Notes: a model not told the origin generated them from the letters alone. A DNA stretch of 64,000 nucleotides from Deferribacterales bacterium (GCA_050251945.1 JBFWLW010000006.1:64001-128000); one strand, 5' to 3'. Positions 8,737-19,253 are shown, counted from the first letter of the stretch. A program made the numbers and translations.

Positions 8737-9242
8737 TTCAGGGAATAATTTGCGGAAAAGGCGGACAGGGAGTCATAACCCTTAACGCCATGATAGGCAC
8801 TCTGGCTGCGAACATGGAAATACCCGCAGTATCGGCGGAAACCCACGGCATGGCTATGCGCGGCGGTTCCGTTGCAACGTACATCAAAATAGGCGAATGT
8901 CTCAGCGCCGCTGTTGCGGAAGGCTCTGCGGATTTCATCATCAGCCTCACCAAAGACGAAGCGCTCAGAAATATCAGCTTTATAAAAAAAGACGGGGTCA
9001 TCATCGTTGACACGGATGAACCCTTTGACATAAGCGGAGTGAAAATAATCTCTCTGCCGGCTTCCGACATAGCGGAGGAACAGTTCGGCGGCAGGATATA
9101 CGGCGGGCAGGTGCTTCTTGGCATATTTCTCGGCTGTTTTGACGGTATTGACACCGGAAAAGCACTTGAAATACTGAAAACTGCACCGAAAATAAGCATA
9201 CACGCCATAGAATACGGAGTCAGATATGCACAAACTCACTGA
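8733..9242 (+). CDS. iorB: Indolepyruvate oxidoreductase beta subunit
   Basis: GKGGQGVI and ETHGMAMRGGSV motifs; ATGA overlap with the iorA stop. Confidence 0.9.
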   Translation: MIQGIICGKGGQGVITLNAMIGTLAANMEIPAVSAETHGMAMRGGSVATYIKIGECLSAAVAEGSADFIISLTKDEALRNISFIKKDGVIIVDTDEPFDISGVKIISLPASDIAEEQFGGRIYGGQVLLGIFLGCFDGIDTGKALEILKTAPKISIHAIEYGVRYAQTH

Positions 9243-10449
9243 CATACAGCTTTTAAAGCTGGGTACGACACTGCACCACATAAAAAAGGCAAACCCTTTC
9301 TATTTTCAAAGATACGAAACGGATAGAATCACCTCTTACGAAGACCTCACAAAAATGCCCTTTATAACAAAAGATATACTCCGTCAGGGATACCCCTTTG
9401 CATATGCGTGTGCAGACACAAAAAGCTGTGTGCGGATGCATATGTCAAGCGGCACCACAGGCAAACCCATCATAAACCCCATGACCGAAGGGGACGTCAA
9501 CCAGTGGGGCGAGATAATGGCGCGCTGTTACACCACGGCAGGTGTAACCGGCGAGGACACAGTTCAGATCACCCCGTCGTTCGGACTTTTTAACGGCGGT
9601 TTCGGTTTCCACTACGGCGCAGAGAGGCTGAAAAGCTTCATAATCCCCATGGGTGCAGGACGTTCACTGCTCCAGCTCCAGTTCATAAAAGACCTTGAAA
9701 CTACGTGCCTCTGCGCAATCGCTTCCTATCCTCTGAGGCTTATTGAAGTTGCCAAACAGGAAGGCTTTAGCTTTAGAGAGACGAAACTACGCGTGGGCAT
9801 CTTCGGTGCTGAAACGTGGACCGACGGCATACGCAGGCGTATCGAAAAAGAGATGGGTATCGAGACGTTCGACATCATAGGCATGACAGAGACAGGCGGC
9901 GTGGGGCTTGGCATAGACTGCAAAGACCACAGCGGAATACACGTCTGGGACGACCACTACATTGTCGAGATAGTCGATCCGGAAACAGGCGAGCCACTGC
10001 CCGACGGGGTGGAAGGCGAAATGGTGGTGACAACGCTCACCCGCGAAGGTCTGCCGCTGATACGCTACCGCACCCGCGACATCACAAAGGTTATAAGCCG
10101 CGAACCCTGTAAATGCGGACTTCATACGCTCAAGATAGCCAGACTGAAAGGCAGAACAGACGATATGCTCAAGGTGAAAGGCGTTAACTTCTACCCTGCA
10201 CAGATAGAATCCATCCTGATGGAGTTCACCGAAATAGGCGAAGAATACCGCATCATCCTTGACAAGAAGAAGGGTAAAGGGGACGTGACCCTTGCCGTTG
10301 AAACAGATACAATCACCGACGATGCAAAGGACAGACTTGACACGAAGCTTTACGATTTCCTCGGTTTCCGCGTGGATGTGCAGTATCTGAAACCGGGTAC
10401 TCTGGAGCGTTCCGCAGGAAAAGCCATCAGGGTTGTTGATAACAGATAG
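9226..10449 (+). CDS. paaK: Phenylacetate-CoA ligase family protein
   Basis: HMSSGTTGKP, LFNGGFGFHYGAE, GIFGAETW, PLIRYRTRD, GRTDDMLKVKGVN and GKAIRVVD motifs. Confidence 0.92.
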   Translation: MHKLTDIQLLKLGTTLHHIKKANPFYFQRYETDRITSYEDLTKMPFITKDILRQGYPFAYACADTKSCVRMHMSSGTTGKPIINPMTEGDVNQWGEIMARCYTTAGVTGEDTVQITPSFGLFNGGFGFHYGAERLKSFIIPMGAGRSLLQLQFIKDLETTCLCAIASYPLRLIEVAKQEGFSFRETKLRVGIFGAETWTDGIRRRIEKEMGIETFDIIGMTETGGVGLGIDCKDHSGIHVWDDHYIVEIVDPETGEPLPDGVEGEMVVTTLTREGLPLIRYRTRDITKVISREPCKCGLHTLKIARLKGRTDDMLKVKGVNFYPAQIESILMEFTEIGEEYRIILDKKKGKGDVTLAVETDTITDDAKDRLDTKLYDFLGFRVDVQYLKPGTLERSAGKAIRVVDNR

Positions 10450-11055
10450 CTATTTCGACGCTCTGGGCAGGTGATATCCGTAACGGAGCGTTATCATGCG
10501 TATCCCGAAAACCAGAAGTGCGCTTACGGTGGCGTTCATGGCAGGCGAAACGCCAGCATGGTGCAGAGCACAGTAAAGCGCGCCGCCCACTATACATGCC
10601 GACGCGTACACCTCGCGGGTAAGAACGAACGGGGTGGCGTTTATCAGCACGTCCCGTATCATCCCGCCCAGCGTTCCGGTCATCACACCGAATATCATAC
10701 TCCCCAAATATCCCACTCCGGCATGGAGAGCTATGTTGATTCCTATCACATTGAACACGCCGAGACCCAGCGCATCCATCCACACAAGCAGGTTATATGT
10801 CCGCTTGACGTGGCTGTGGAAAAGAAACACCACCAGCGCACCGGCAATGGACAGAAAAAGATAGTTCATATCGTTGAACAGGAACGGAGGCACACGGCCG
10901 AGCATCGTATCGCGGATGGTACCGCCGCCCACAGCCGTAACAATGGCGAGGAAGCTGACACCGTAAAGGTCAAGGTTTTTGCGGACTCCAGCAAGCGCGC
11001 CGCTGACAGCGAATGCGAAGGTGCCCAGAAGGTCGAGTGCATATAAAAGCGTCAT
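10450..11055 (-). CDS. TRIC/YadS-family membrane protein
   Basis: Duplicated TAVGGGTIRD / TGTLGGMIRD motifs and DALGLG. Confidence 0.88.
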   Translation of the reverse strand: MTLLYALDLLGTFAFAVSGALAGVRKNLDLYGVSFLAIVTAVGGGTIRDTMLGRVPPFLFNDMNYLFLSIAGALVVFLFHSHVKRTYNLLVWMDALGLGVFNVIGINIALHAGVGYLGSMIFGVMTGTLGGMIRDVLINATPFVLTREVYASACIVGGALYCALHHAGVSPAMNATVSALLVFGIRMITLRYGYHLPRASK

Positions 11056-11798
11056 TCATGATCTCCGGTTGCCGCCGCCGTCACCATGTCGTTTCTGAAC
11101 ATACGGCAGGCGAGATATGAGGTCAGTATGTTGACCGCAAAGATCATATACATTACCACGAGCTGATATACAATAGCTTTCATAGGCGATACCCCCGCCA
11201 TTAAAAGTCCCGCCGCAAGCCCGGGAAGAAGCACCACGCCAAGTGATGCAATATTGTTCAGAACGGGAGTGACCCCGGCGCGCACTGCCGCCACAACAGA
11301 ATCCTTTGCAGCGATGTCCATATTAAGCCCCAGCGCCAGCATCCCCTGAATTGTCGGAATGTTAGCCCTGCACTCTGCGCGCAGTCTGTCCACGCTGATG
11401 CTGTGTGCGTTCATGCAGTTGCCGACCACCATGCCCGCGACAGGAAGAACGGCATTCATCTGGACAGGCACCGCCCCGCTCAGTATCACAGGCAGAAGCC
11501 CAAGCATTGAAGGAAGATAGATTGAAAGGAAACCGCGAACGATATGTCCGCCTTCGGTGTGCGATCTGCCCTTTGCGGTGTAGGCGGCGAACACGGACAT
11601 AAAAGCGGCGAAATATGTCACATGCCATACGTTTTCAAGCCTGAAAATATATTCAAGAACAAGCCCCATGATAAACATCTGAACAACGGAACGAACCGCC
11701 GCAAAACTTATGGATTTGTTCATATTCAGCCCCAAGCGGGACGAAGCAAATATCGTAAACAGAAAAAAAGCAATAATAGCTATGTATGAGCCTGTCAT
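11052..11798 (-). CDS. ABC transporter permease, FetB/UPF0014 family
   Basis: RSVVQM, PVAGMVVGNCMN, GVVLLPG and AIVYQLVV motifs. Confidence 0.82.
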   Translation of the reverse strand: MTGSYIAIIAFFLFTIFASSRLGLNMNKSISFAAVRSVVQMFIMGLVLEYIFRLENVWHVTYFAAFMSVFAAYTAKGRSHTEGGHIVRGFLSIYLPSMLGLLPVILSGAVPVQMNAVLPVAGMVVGNCMNAHSISVDRLRAECRANIPTIQGMLALGLNMDIAAKDSVVAAVRAGVTPVLNNIASLGVVLLPGLAAGLLMAGVSPMKAIVYQLVVMYMIFAVNILTSYLACRMFRNDMVTAAATGDHE

Positions 11799-11964
11799 AT
11801 TCCCTTCCGTTTGTTAAAAAAATTCACTTTCAGCAAATATCTAGTATTTAAATGTTTTTCAAAACTATGTATTGAAATACCTCGACATGTGTCTTATTAT
11901 TGTATCATATATAAACACAATATTTTGTGAATCCTTCTGATTCACACTGATTGAGGGCATTGTT

Positions 11965-14691
11965 ATGGAACCTCTTACTTCCGCAGCATCCCGAAAACAG
12001 AAACTTTTCGATGCCGCGATGATAATTTTTCTGTCTGCCGCCGGATACCTCGGAAACATTGTTAAATTCGAGATATTCTTTAACGTCGATTTCCTTTTCG
12101 GCAGTATAGCTGTCATGTACGCCATCAAACGCTACGGAAGGCTGGGCATAATTCCCGCCTTCATAGCATCGCTTTACACCTATACCCTCTGGAACCACCC
12201 GTATGCAATAATAATCTTCACAGCGGAGGCGGCTTTTGTGGCTTTCGCACGCAGACGGGAAGAGGACATCATAATACTTGACCTCATTTACTGGCTCACG
12301 CTTGGCGCAGGCATGGTATTCGTTTCATATCATTACATTATGGGGCTTCCGACCGAATCCGCCCAGATAGTCATCCTGAAACAGAGCATAAACGGGATAA
12401 CAAATACGCTCTGCGGCTCGCTCATATACCACGGTCTGAACTACTTTCGCAAGATATCCGGCTATAATTTCAGACGGATATCCTTCCGTCAGACGTTTTT
12501 CAAGATAATCATGCTTATCGCCGCAATACCTGCGCTTCTTTACGTTATCATAGGTGTGAAGATGCAGACGGTTTCTCTTGCAGAAGGACTTAAAGATAAT
12601 CTGAACACTATCTACAATACCGCCTCAATCTCTCTGGGGGCGCTCACAAACGACGTAAATAACAAGATCAATCTGATGGCTTCGCTTGAACAGGGACAGA
12701 AACCGCAGCACACTGAAGACCATATGAAAAGCATCCTGATGTCGTCCGACACATTAATGGGCGTGGGCTACGTTTCGCCTGATGCCACAGCAAGGGTTAT
12801 CTTCAGCAAGACAGACGGCAGGCTGACAGAACACAGAAATGTCGATTTGAATGAAAGAGTGATTTACAGACAGACCGCAAAGTCCGGCAATATAGTTTTT
12901 TCCGACCTTCTGCCCGGCAGAATTCAAAGCTCGCAGGGCAATATAATCCTTGCCGTAAAACCTTTATTTAACGGTAATAACGAACTCTCCGGCTATGTTC
13001 AGGGCAGTATAGATTTCAAAACAGCGGGAAGCCTCCTGCAGTCGGTTTCTAAGGATTCCGGTGTTCTGCTGACGCTTACAGACAGCCGCGGCAGAATAAT
13101 CATAAGTACCGATCCCCAAAAAGCAACAGGACAGAAACTCGGCTTTCCGCCCGGTTCATCCGCAGACGATTACGACAGGCGGGGGATTTTCCTCCTCACC
13201 TCCTGTCCGGCAGACAACATCTCCGTCATGACAAAATGGAAAACCGCCTCTTATATTAAGAAAGGAACGCTTGGCGGTTCGGGACTGACACTGACAGCTG
13301 TGGTTCCTCTTTCCGCGCACGTGAAACGCGCGAATGATATCGGATTCAGAGCGTTAAAAATAATCTATATAATGCTCATACTCTGTATTCTTGCCGCGCT
13401 GTTCATAAGCAGACAGGTAACATTCCATCTTGAAACCCTGCGCAAATGCTCCAGCGAGCTGCCTGAAATAGTCCATTCGGGCGGCAGGTTCTCAAGAATC
13501 AATTCTGTCTTTTCGGAAGTGTCAGAGCTTTCAGATAACTTTGTAAACATAGCCGCAATGCTCTCCGCAAAGTTCTCAGAACTTTCAAAACAAAAAGCGG
13601 AGCTGGCTCTGATACTCGACTCAATCCCTATGATCATTTTTATGAAGGACATCAACAACAGAATTCTGAGCGGGAACATGGAAGCGGCAAAAAAGATGGA
13701 TATTCCCTCAGAAGAGCTGGCAGGCAGAAACGTGAGCGACCTTTTTCCGGAACTGTCGGAGGATTTGTATGAGAACGACACAAAGGTTATTACGTCCAAA
13801 AAACCTTTGCTCGGCGTTATACAGAACTACAAACTCGAAGACAGAACCATTGTCGTCAAGACAGACAAAATACCAATACCCGACGAAAACGGGGATGTGT
13901 CGTATATACTGGTCATATCAAGAGACATAACGGATGAACTGAAGGCACAGGCAGATAAACAGCGTATGCTTGAGACCCTTTATCAGCAGTCAAAAATGGC
14001 GGAGATGGGCGCTATGACCGCCGCAATCGCCCACCAGTGGAAACAGCCGCTTAACACGATAGCGCTTCTGACCCAGATACTCAATTCCGACGCGCAGGAC
14101 AACAGCGCCACGAAGGAAAGCATTATCTCCTCCACCGACATGATAATGAAAAACGTGGAATTCATGGTGAACACAGCACATGATTTCACGGAATATTTCA
14201 AAACTACGAAAGAGAAACAGATGTTTCGCGCCTGTGAAACGATATCGGAAGTCTACAGCCTTGTTGAGCCGCAGTACCGCAAGTATAACATCACTGTCGA
14301 GGTTCACGAACACGAACATTTCCTCATATACGGACTGCGCAACGAGTTCAAACAGGTCTGCCTGAATATCCTGAACAACGCAAAAGACGCCTTGGTCGAA
14401 CGCAATGTCGACAACAAAAGAATAGACGTTTTCTATGAAAATGAAGAGAATTTCAGGAAGATAATCGTCACGGACAACGCAGGAGGCATAGACCCCTCGC
14501 TGCTGCCGGACAGAATTTTTGAGATATTCCAGAGTACAAAGGGAGAAAAAGGAACAGGATTAGGACTTTATATCTGCAAGTCTATAATAGATGAGCATAT
14601 GGGCGGAAAAATAACGGCTGAAAATACGGATCATGGAGCAAAATTCACCATATTTCTTCCAATGGATCAGACAATTACGAAGGAGAATTGA
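11965..14691 (+). CDS. Membrane sensor histidine kinase (N-terminal TM bundle, Cache-like, PAS, HisKA, HATPase), paralog 1
   Basis: H-box IAHQWKQPL, N-box NILNNAKDA, DNAGGI, GTGLGL; PAS IFMKD. Confidence 0.93.
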   Translation: MEPLTSAASRKQKLFDAAMIIFLSAAGYLGNIVKFEIFFNVDFLFGSIAVMYAIKRYGRLGIIPAFIASLYTYTLWNHPYAIIIFTAEAAFVAFARRREEDIIILDLIYWLTLGAGMVFVSYHYIMGLPTESAQIVILKQSINGITNTLCGSLIYHGLNYFRKISGYNFRRISFRQTFFKIIMLIAAIPALLYVIIGVKMQTVSLAEGLKDNLNTIYNTASISLGALTNDVNNKINLMASLEQGQKPQHTEDHMKSILMSSDTLMGVGYVSPDATARVIFSKTDGRLTEHRNVDLNERVIYRQTAKSGNIVFSDLLPGRIQSSQGNIILAVKPLFNGNNELSGYVQGSIDFKTAGSLLQSVSKDSGVLLTLTDSRGRIIISTDPQKATGQKLGFPPGSSADDYDRRGIFLLTSCPADNISVMTKWKTASYIKKGTLGGSGLTLTAVVPLSAHVKRANDIGFRALKIIYIMLILCILAALFISRQVTFHLETLRKCSSELPEIVHSGGRFSRINSVFSEVSELSDNFVNIAAMLSAKFSELSKQKAELALILDSIPMIIFMKDINNRILSGNMEAAKKMDIPSEELAGRNVSDLFPELSEDLYENDTKVITSKKPLLGVIQNYKLEDRTIVVKTDKIPIPDENGDVSYILVISRDITDELKAQADKQRMLETLYQQSKMAEMGAMTAAIAHQWKQPLNTIALLTQILNSDAQDNSATKESIISSTDMIMKNVEFMVNTAHDFTEYFKTTKEKQMFRACETISEVYSLVEPQYRKYNITVEVHEHEHFLIYGLRNEFKQVCLNILNNAKDALVERNVDNKRIDVFYENEENFRKIIVTDNAGGIDPSLLPDRIFEIFQSTKGEKGTGLGLYICKSIIDEHMGGKITAENTDHGAKFTIFLPMDQTITKEN

Positions 14692-14754
14692 TATTTTATT
14701 ATTTGATAAATTGCGTACTATCTGCTATAGATGTTGTATCTTACTCTGTAAGAC

Positions 14755-14893
14755 CAGACTGATGACAAAGTTGAAAAAGACGAGATCGCTTCGTCGCTAC
14801 GCTTCTCGCGAAGACGTAAGATACTGTCATTGCGAGGAAGCCGCAGGCTGACGCGGCAATCTCATTGATTTTAACCAGTTTATCAACAACCTG
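14755..14893. mobile_element. MITE-like element (139 bp) carrying REP dimer copy 3, flanked by a 17-bp direct repeat
   Basis: Direct repeat ATCTTACTCTGTAAGAC (14738-14754) / ATCTTATTCTGTAAGAC (14894-14910). Imperfect terminal inverted repeats CAGACTGATGACAAAGT vs reverse complement CAGGTTGTTGATAAACT (12/17). Internal REP dimer at 14782-14863. Confidence 0.7.
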
Positions 14894-14939
14894 ATCTTAT
14901 TCTGTAAGACTTATTTGATTTATTCATTGGGAGCACAAC

Positions 14940-17657
14940 TTGTTGAAGACCGTCCGCATTAATTTTTATGCGGTTTTAGTCATAGCCATGCTCGGTGCGC
15001 TTGGATATGTCTTTAACCAGAATAAACTTGAACTCTTTTTCAATGTGGATTTTCTGTTCGGCGGATTCTTCGCCGTAATAGCCATAAAAAGATACGGAGT
15101 TTACGGTATCTTTGCGGCCGTCATCGCATCATTCAGCACATATTTTCTCTGGAACCACCCTTATGCAATTATAATCTTCACAGCGGAAGCCTCCGTTCTT
15201 GCATATTTCAGCAGTAAAAGCGACGACCTCGTAATAATCGACATACTATACTGGCTGACGCTGGGTTTGCTGCTTGTGTTCTTTTTCTATTCAGGTCTGA
15301 TGGACATAGGAATAAAAAATTCCGCCATAGTATATCTGAAACAGAGCATAAACGGCATATTTAACACATTGTTTGCAGTGACAGCCGGAAACTTGTGGAA
15401 TCTTATCTCAAAGGAAATAGGGCTCAAATATTCAAAAGTTTCCCTTAAATCCATAATTTTCAGCACGATACTGTTCTTAACCGCAGTTCCGGCGCTGTTC
15501 TATATCGTTTCAAACGTGCGCCACCATGCCCGCGAGATATCAAACGATATGCAGCTTGAGCTGAACTCCATGGCAAACGCTGCGGCGCTCTCCACCGACA
15601 ACATTCTGCGTTCCAGCATAACAAGCCTGAACACACTTGCCGATAATATTCAGGAGTGTATCAACGATTCCGGAGTAAACTCTCTGGGCGAGGAGCGTAT
15701 AACAACCGTTCTCCGTTCGTCCGAAGTGTTTCTCGGGCTGGGTTTCATAAAAACCGACAAAACATCCGCTCCTCTATATACATACAGCGGCGGTGAGCTG
15801 AAAAGATATTACGGCAGAGACTACAGTGACAGGAATTACTACGCGCTTGCCGATAAAAGCAAAGATATAATCATCTCGGAAGCGCGCAAAAGCAACCTGC
15901 TTAACCTCAATAATTCTATACTGATAATGGTCAAAGCCATAAGAGGTGCAGACGGAAAAGTATTGGGATATGTTCAGGGCGGCATACAGTTTCAGTCTGT
16001 CTATAACCTTCTGAACACCATATCAAGAGATTCAGGCATCTTTTTCACTCTGGCAGACAAACAGAGCAGAACCCTTGTAACCACAAACCCCCAATATCAG
16101 GGGCAAAACTACATACCTGTCAAAAGTGCGGAAGGCATCATTGAAGATTTCGGCAACAGCATCCTGCAATGGACAACACTGCCAAAAGCCAATAAATCCG
16201 TCATGACCCGTTGGCAGAAGTCTTATTACATTAAATCCGTGCCTGTCAGTTCCGAGCAGTCACTTACCCTCACGGCGGAAATGCCTCTTTCCTCCTATGT
16301 CGCCGATATCATAAATATGGGGCTGAATGCGCTTGCGGTCATATATGTAACAATCATACTTTCGGTCATACTCGCGTGGTTTGTAAGCCGCAGAACCGCA
16401 TTCCACCTGAGCAAACTGTCCTCAAGAACAGCACACATACATGAAAACCTGCAATCCGACTCGTCAGACGGCTGGCCGAACTCGGTTTTCAGCGAGATAA
16501 CCGAGCTTTCCACAAACTTCCGCCAGATGGAGGAAGAGCTTACTAAATATTTCAAAGAACTCAACATACAGAAGAACGAACTGGAAATTATTCTGGATTC
16601 ACTGCCTATCATAATTTTCCTGAAAGACACCAGAAACTACATCACCTTTGCCAATAAGACCGCTTCAAATTTCGTTTCTCTCGGCAGGATAGACAAAAAA
16701 CCTGTCAGCGATATCTTCCGCCACGACCACGCAAGATTCTTCGCCGACGACAAAAAAGTTATGGAAACAAAAAAACCGGTGTTTAAGATAGTGCAGACAT
16801 ACCCGTTTGAATCGGGTGCAATAACTGTCATAACCGACAAGATACCCCTTTTCGGAGAGGACGGAAGCGTTAAGTCAATTCTTGTTATCTCCAGAGATAT
16901 CACAGAAGAACTCAGGGCACAGGAAGACAAACAGAGAACCCTTGAGATACTTTACCAGCAGTCCAAAATGGCGGAGATGGGAGCCATGATAGGCGCAATA
17001 GCACATCAATGGAAGCAGCCGCTTAACTCCATCGCTATTCTGACACAGCTTATCGAAGCGGATGTGGAAGATGAACAGCTCAACACCGAAACACTGATGA
17101 AGAACACATCAATAATAATGAGCAACGTCAGCTTCATGTCGCAGACGGTGAATGACTTCATCAGTTTCTTCAAGCAGGGCAAAACAAAGGAACGGTTCAA
17201 ACCCTGCGAAACGATAATTGAAATATACAACCTGCTGGACAGACAGTTCACTAAGAACAATATCGAAGTGGTTTTTCACGAACACAGGCACTTTGAAGTT
17301 TCCGGCATCAAAAACGAATTCAAACAGGTCTGCCTGAACATAATGAACAACGCCAAAGAAGCGCTTATAAACTGCGAAACAGCAAACAAACGTATTGATA
17401 TCTTTTACGAACACGACGACCTGATGAACAGGATCGTCATAGAGGATAACGCAGGCGGCATCCCGGAAGACCTGCTCCCGAACAGGCTTTTTGAAATGTA
17501 CCAAAGCACGAAGGGCGAAAAAGGCACAGGACTTGGTCTTTACATATGCAGATCCATCATAGAAGAACATATGGGCGGACGCATAATCGCAGAAAATACC
17601 CTTTCCGGCGCCAGGTTCATTATAATGCTCCCTTCCGAGGAAGTAACTGCCTCCTGA
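14940..17657 (+). CDS. Membrane sensor histidine kinase, paralog 2
   Basis: Same architecture as 11965-14691; shared FFNVDFLFG, LWNHPYAIIIFTAEA and YQQSKMAEMGAM blocks; GGAG RBS before the TTG. Confidence 0.92.
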   Translation: MLKTVRINFYAVLVIAMLGALGYVFNQNKLELFFNVDFLFGGFFAVIAIKRYGVYGIFAAVIASFSTYFLWNHPYAIIIFTAEASVLAYFSSKSDDLVIIDILYWLTLGLLLVFFFYSGLMDIGIKNSAIVYLKQSINGIFNTLFAVTAGNLWNLISKEIGLKYSKVSLKSIIFSTILFLTAVPALFYIVSNVRHHAREISNDMQLELNSMANAAALSTDNILRSSITSLNTLADNIQECINDSGVNSLGEERITTVLRSSEVFLGLGFIKTDKTSAPLYTYSGGELKRYYGRDYSDRNYYALADKSKDIIISEARKSNLLNLNNSILIMVKAIRGADGKVLGYVQGGIQFQSVYNLLNTISRDSGIFFTLADKQSRTLVTTNPQYQGQNYIPVKSAEGIIEDFGNSILQWTTLPKANKSVMTRWQKSYYIKSVPVSSEQSLTLTAEMPLSSYVADIINMGLNALAVIYVTIILSVILAWFVSRRTAFHLSKLSSRTAHIHENLQSDSSDGWPNSVFSEITELSTNFRQMEEELTKYFKELNIQKNELEIILDSLPIIIFLKDTRNYITFANKTASNFVSLGRIDKKPVSDIFRHDHARFFADDKKVMETKKPVFKIVQTYPFESGAITVITDKIPLFGEDGSVKSILVISRDITEELRAQEDKQRTLEILYQQSKMAEMGAMIGAIAHQWKQPLNSIAILTQLIEADVEDEQLNTETLMKNTSIIMSNVSFMSQTVNDFISFFKQGKTKERFKPCETIIEIYNLLDRQFTKNNIEVVFHEHRHFEVSGIKNEFKQVCLNIMNNAKEALINCETANKRIDIFYEHDDLMNRIVIEDNAGGIPEDLLPNRLFEMYQSTKGEKGTGLGLYICRSIIEEHMGGRIIAENTLSGARFIIMLPSEEVTAS

Positions 17658-17753
17658 ACACACCATTTTCGGTAGTCACCAACATAGGACGCGTAATCTT
17701 TCCATTACTGGTGTATATTTATAGAATATACACGCAATTTATGGAGGGCATTA

Positions 17754-19223
17754 ATGCTCGAAAGTTTCAAAGAATCCGAAATCCTCTCCAAAGACCAATA
17801 CACTCAGGAACTGAATAATCTCCGCACACAGCTTATAGACGCGCAGTATGAATTCAAAAAATACAAAAGACCGATGATAGTCATCCTCACGGGTCTGGAC
17901 GGCGCGGGCAAAGGCGAGCTTGTAAACTTTATGGCGGACATAATGGATACAAGGCTCATCGAAACCTCTACATTCTGGCAGGAAACGGACGAAGAGAGGG
18001 AACGTCCCTACTACTTCCGCTACTGGAACGCTATGCCCCCGGGCGGGAAACTGGGCATATTTTTCAACGGATGGTACGACAGAACAATACGCCGCGCGCT
18101 GGAATCCAACGACGATCCGGAGGCTTTCGCAAGAGGTCTTGAAGAAGCGGCGGACGTTGAAAAGATGCTCGCACAGGACGGCACGGTAATCGTCAAAATA
18201 TGGGCGCACATAACTAAAAAAGAGCAGAAGAAACGCCACGAAAAACTGATAAAAAAGGGAAAGCAGTCCGAAGAAATATCTAAGCGCGCCCTGTGGTATT
18301 TCAGCAAATACGAAAAGATAACCGAATGTGCGGAAGCCGCATACAAGGCAACCCACAATGAATTCGCCCCGTGGGAGGTCATAGACTGTACCGACAGGCG
18401 CACAAGAGAGATACATTTCCTGCGTGTGATACTTGATAATATGAACCGCGCACTGAAAGAAAATATGCCGAAAAGCAGAACTGAAAATCTGTCCGGTCTC
18501 ACTTTCCCCGATGTTCTCGGCAGTTTGAAACAGCAAAAGGATACAGACCCGAAAACATACCGGAAGGAGCTTGACGGGCTTATCGACGATATAAAACCAC
18601 TGGTATGGGAAGCATATCAGAAGTGCATCAGCACCATGATAGTCTTTGAAGGCTGGGACGCCGCAGGCAAAGGCGGCTGCATACGCAGACTTTTAAGGGC
18701 ATTCGATATGCGTCTTTCAAAGGTAACGTCCATCGCCGCGCCGACGTCGGAAGAGCTTTCCCGTCATTACCTCTGGCGCTTCTGGCGTCAGGTACCGCGC
18801 GCAGGTCACATCGCCATCTTCGACAGGTCTTGGTATGGCAGGGTTCTGGTGGAACGTCTGGAAAATATCACACCGCCCGCCGACTGGTTCCGCGGGTATT
18901 CAGAGATAAACAGCTTTGAAAAGCATCTCAGCGACCGCGGCGTACACCTTGTAAAGTTCTTCCTGCACATAACGGACGACGAACAGCTTGACCGTTTCAA
19001 AGAACGTCAGGAAATACCGTGGAAGCAGCACAAAATAACCGATGAGGACTGGCGCAACAGGGAAAAGAACAATGAATATCAAGACGCTTATAACGAGATG
19101 TTCTTCAAGACCAGCACCAAATACGCACCTTGGAAGATAATACCCGCAAACGACAAAAAAGGTGCGCGGACGGAAGTTTTAAAGCATATAAAAGGAAGCC
19201 TGCAAAAGGTTCTGAACAAATAA
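17754..19223 (+). CDS. ppk2: Two-domain polyphosphate kinase 2 (polyP:AMP phosphotransferase type)
   Basis: GLDGAGKG and EGWDAAGKGG Walker A motifs, FDRSWYGRVLVER, KITDEDWRNR. Confidence 0.92.
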   Translation: MLESFKESEILSKDQYTQELNNLRTQLIDAQYEFKKYKRPMIVILTGLDGAGKGELVNFMADIMDTRLIETSTFWQETDEERERPYYFRYWNAMPPGGKLGIFFNGWYDRTIRRALESNDDPEAFARGLEEAADVEKMLAQDGTVIVKIWAHITKKEQKKRHEKLIKKGKQSEEISKRALWYFSKYEKITECAEAAYKATHNEFAPWEVIDCTDRRTREIHFLRVILDNMNRALKENMPKSRTENLSGLTFPDVLGSLKQQKDTDPKTYRKELDGLIDDIKPLVWEAYQKCISTMIVFEGWDAAGKGGCIRRLLRAFDMRLSKVTSIAAPTSEELSRHYLWRFWRQVPRAGHIAIFDRSWYGRVLVERLENITPPADWFRGYSEINSFEKHLSDRGVHLVKFFLHITDDEQLDRFKERQEIPWKQHKITDEDWRNREKNNEYQDAYNEMFFKTSTKYAPWKIIPANDKKGARTEVLKHIKGSLQKVLNK

Positions 19224-19224
19224 G

Positions 19225-19249
19225 AAAGGCACGCAAAAGCGTGCCTTTT
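19225..19249. terminator. Bidirectional terminator between ppk2 and yajQ
   Basis: AAAGGCACGC-aaaa-GCGTGCCTTTT between convergent genes. Confidence 0.75.
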
Positions 19250-19253
19250 ATCT

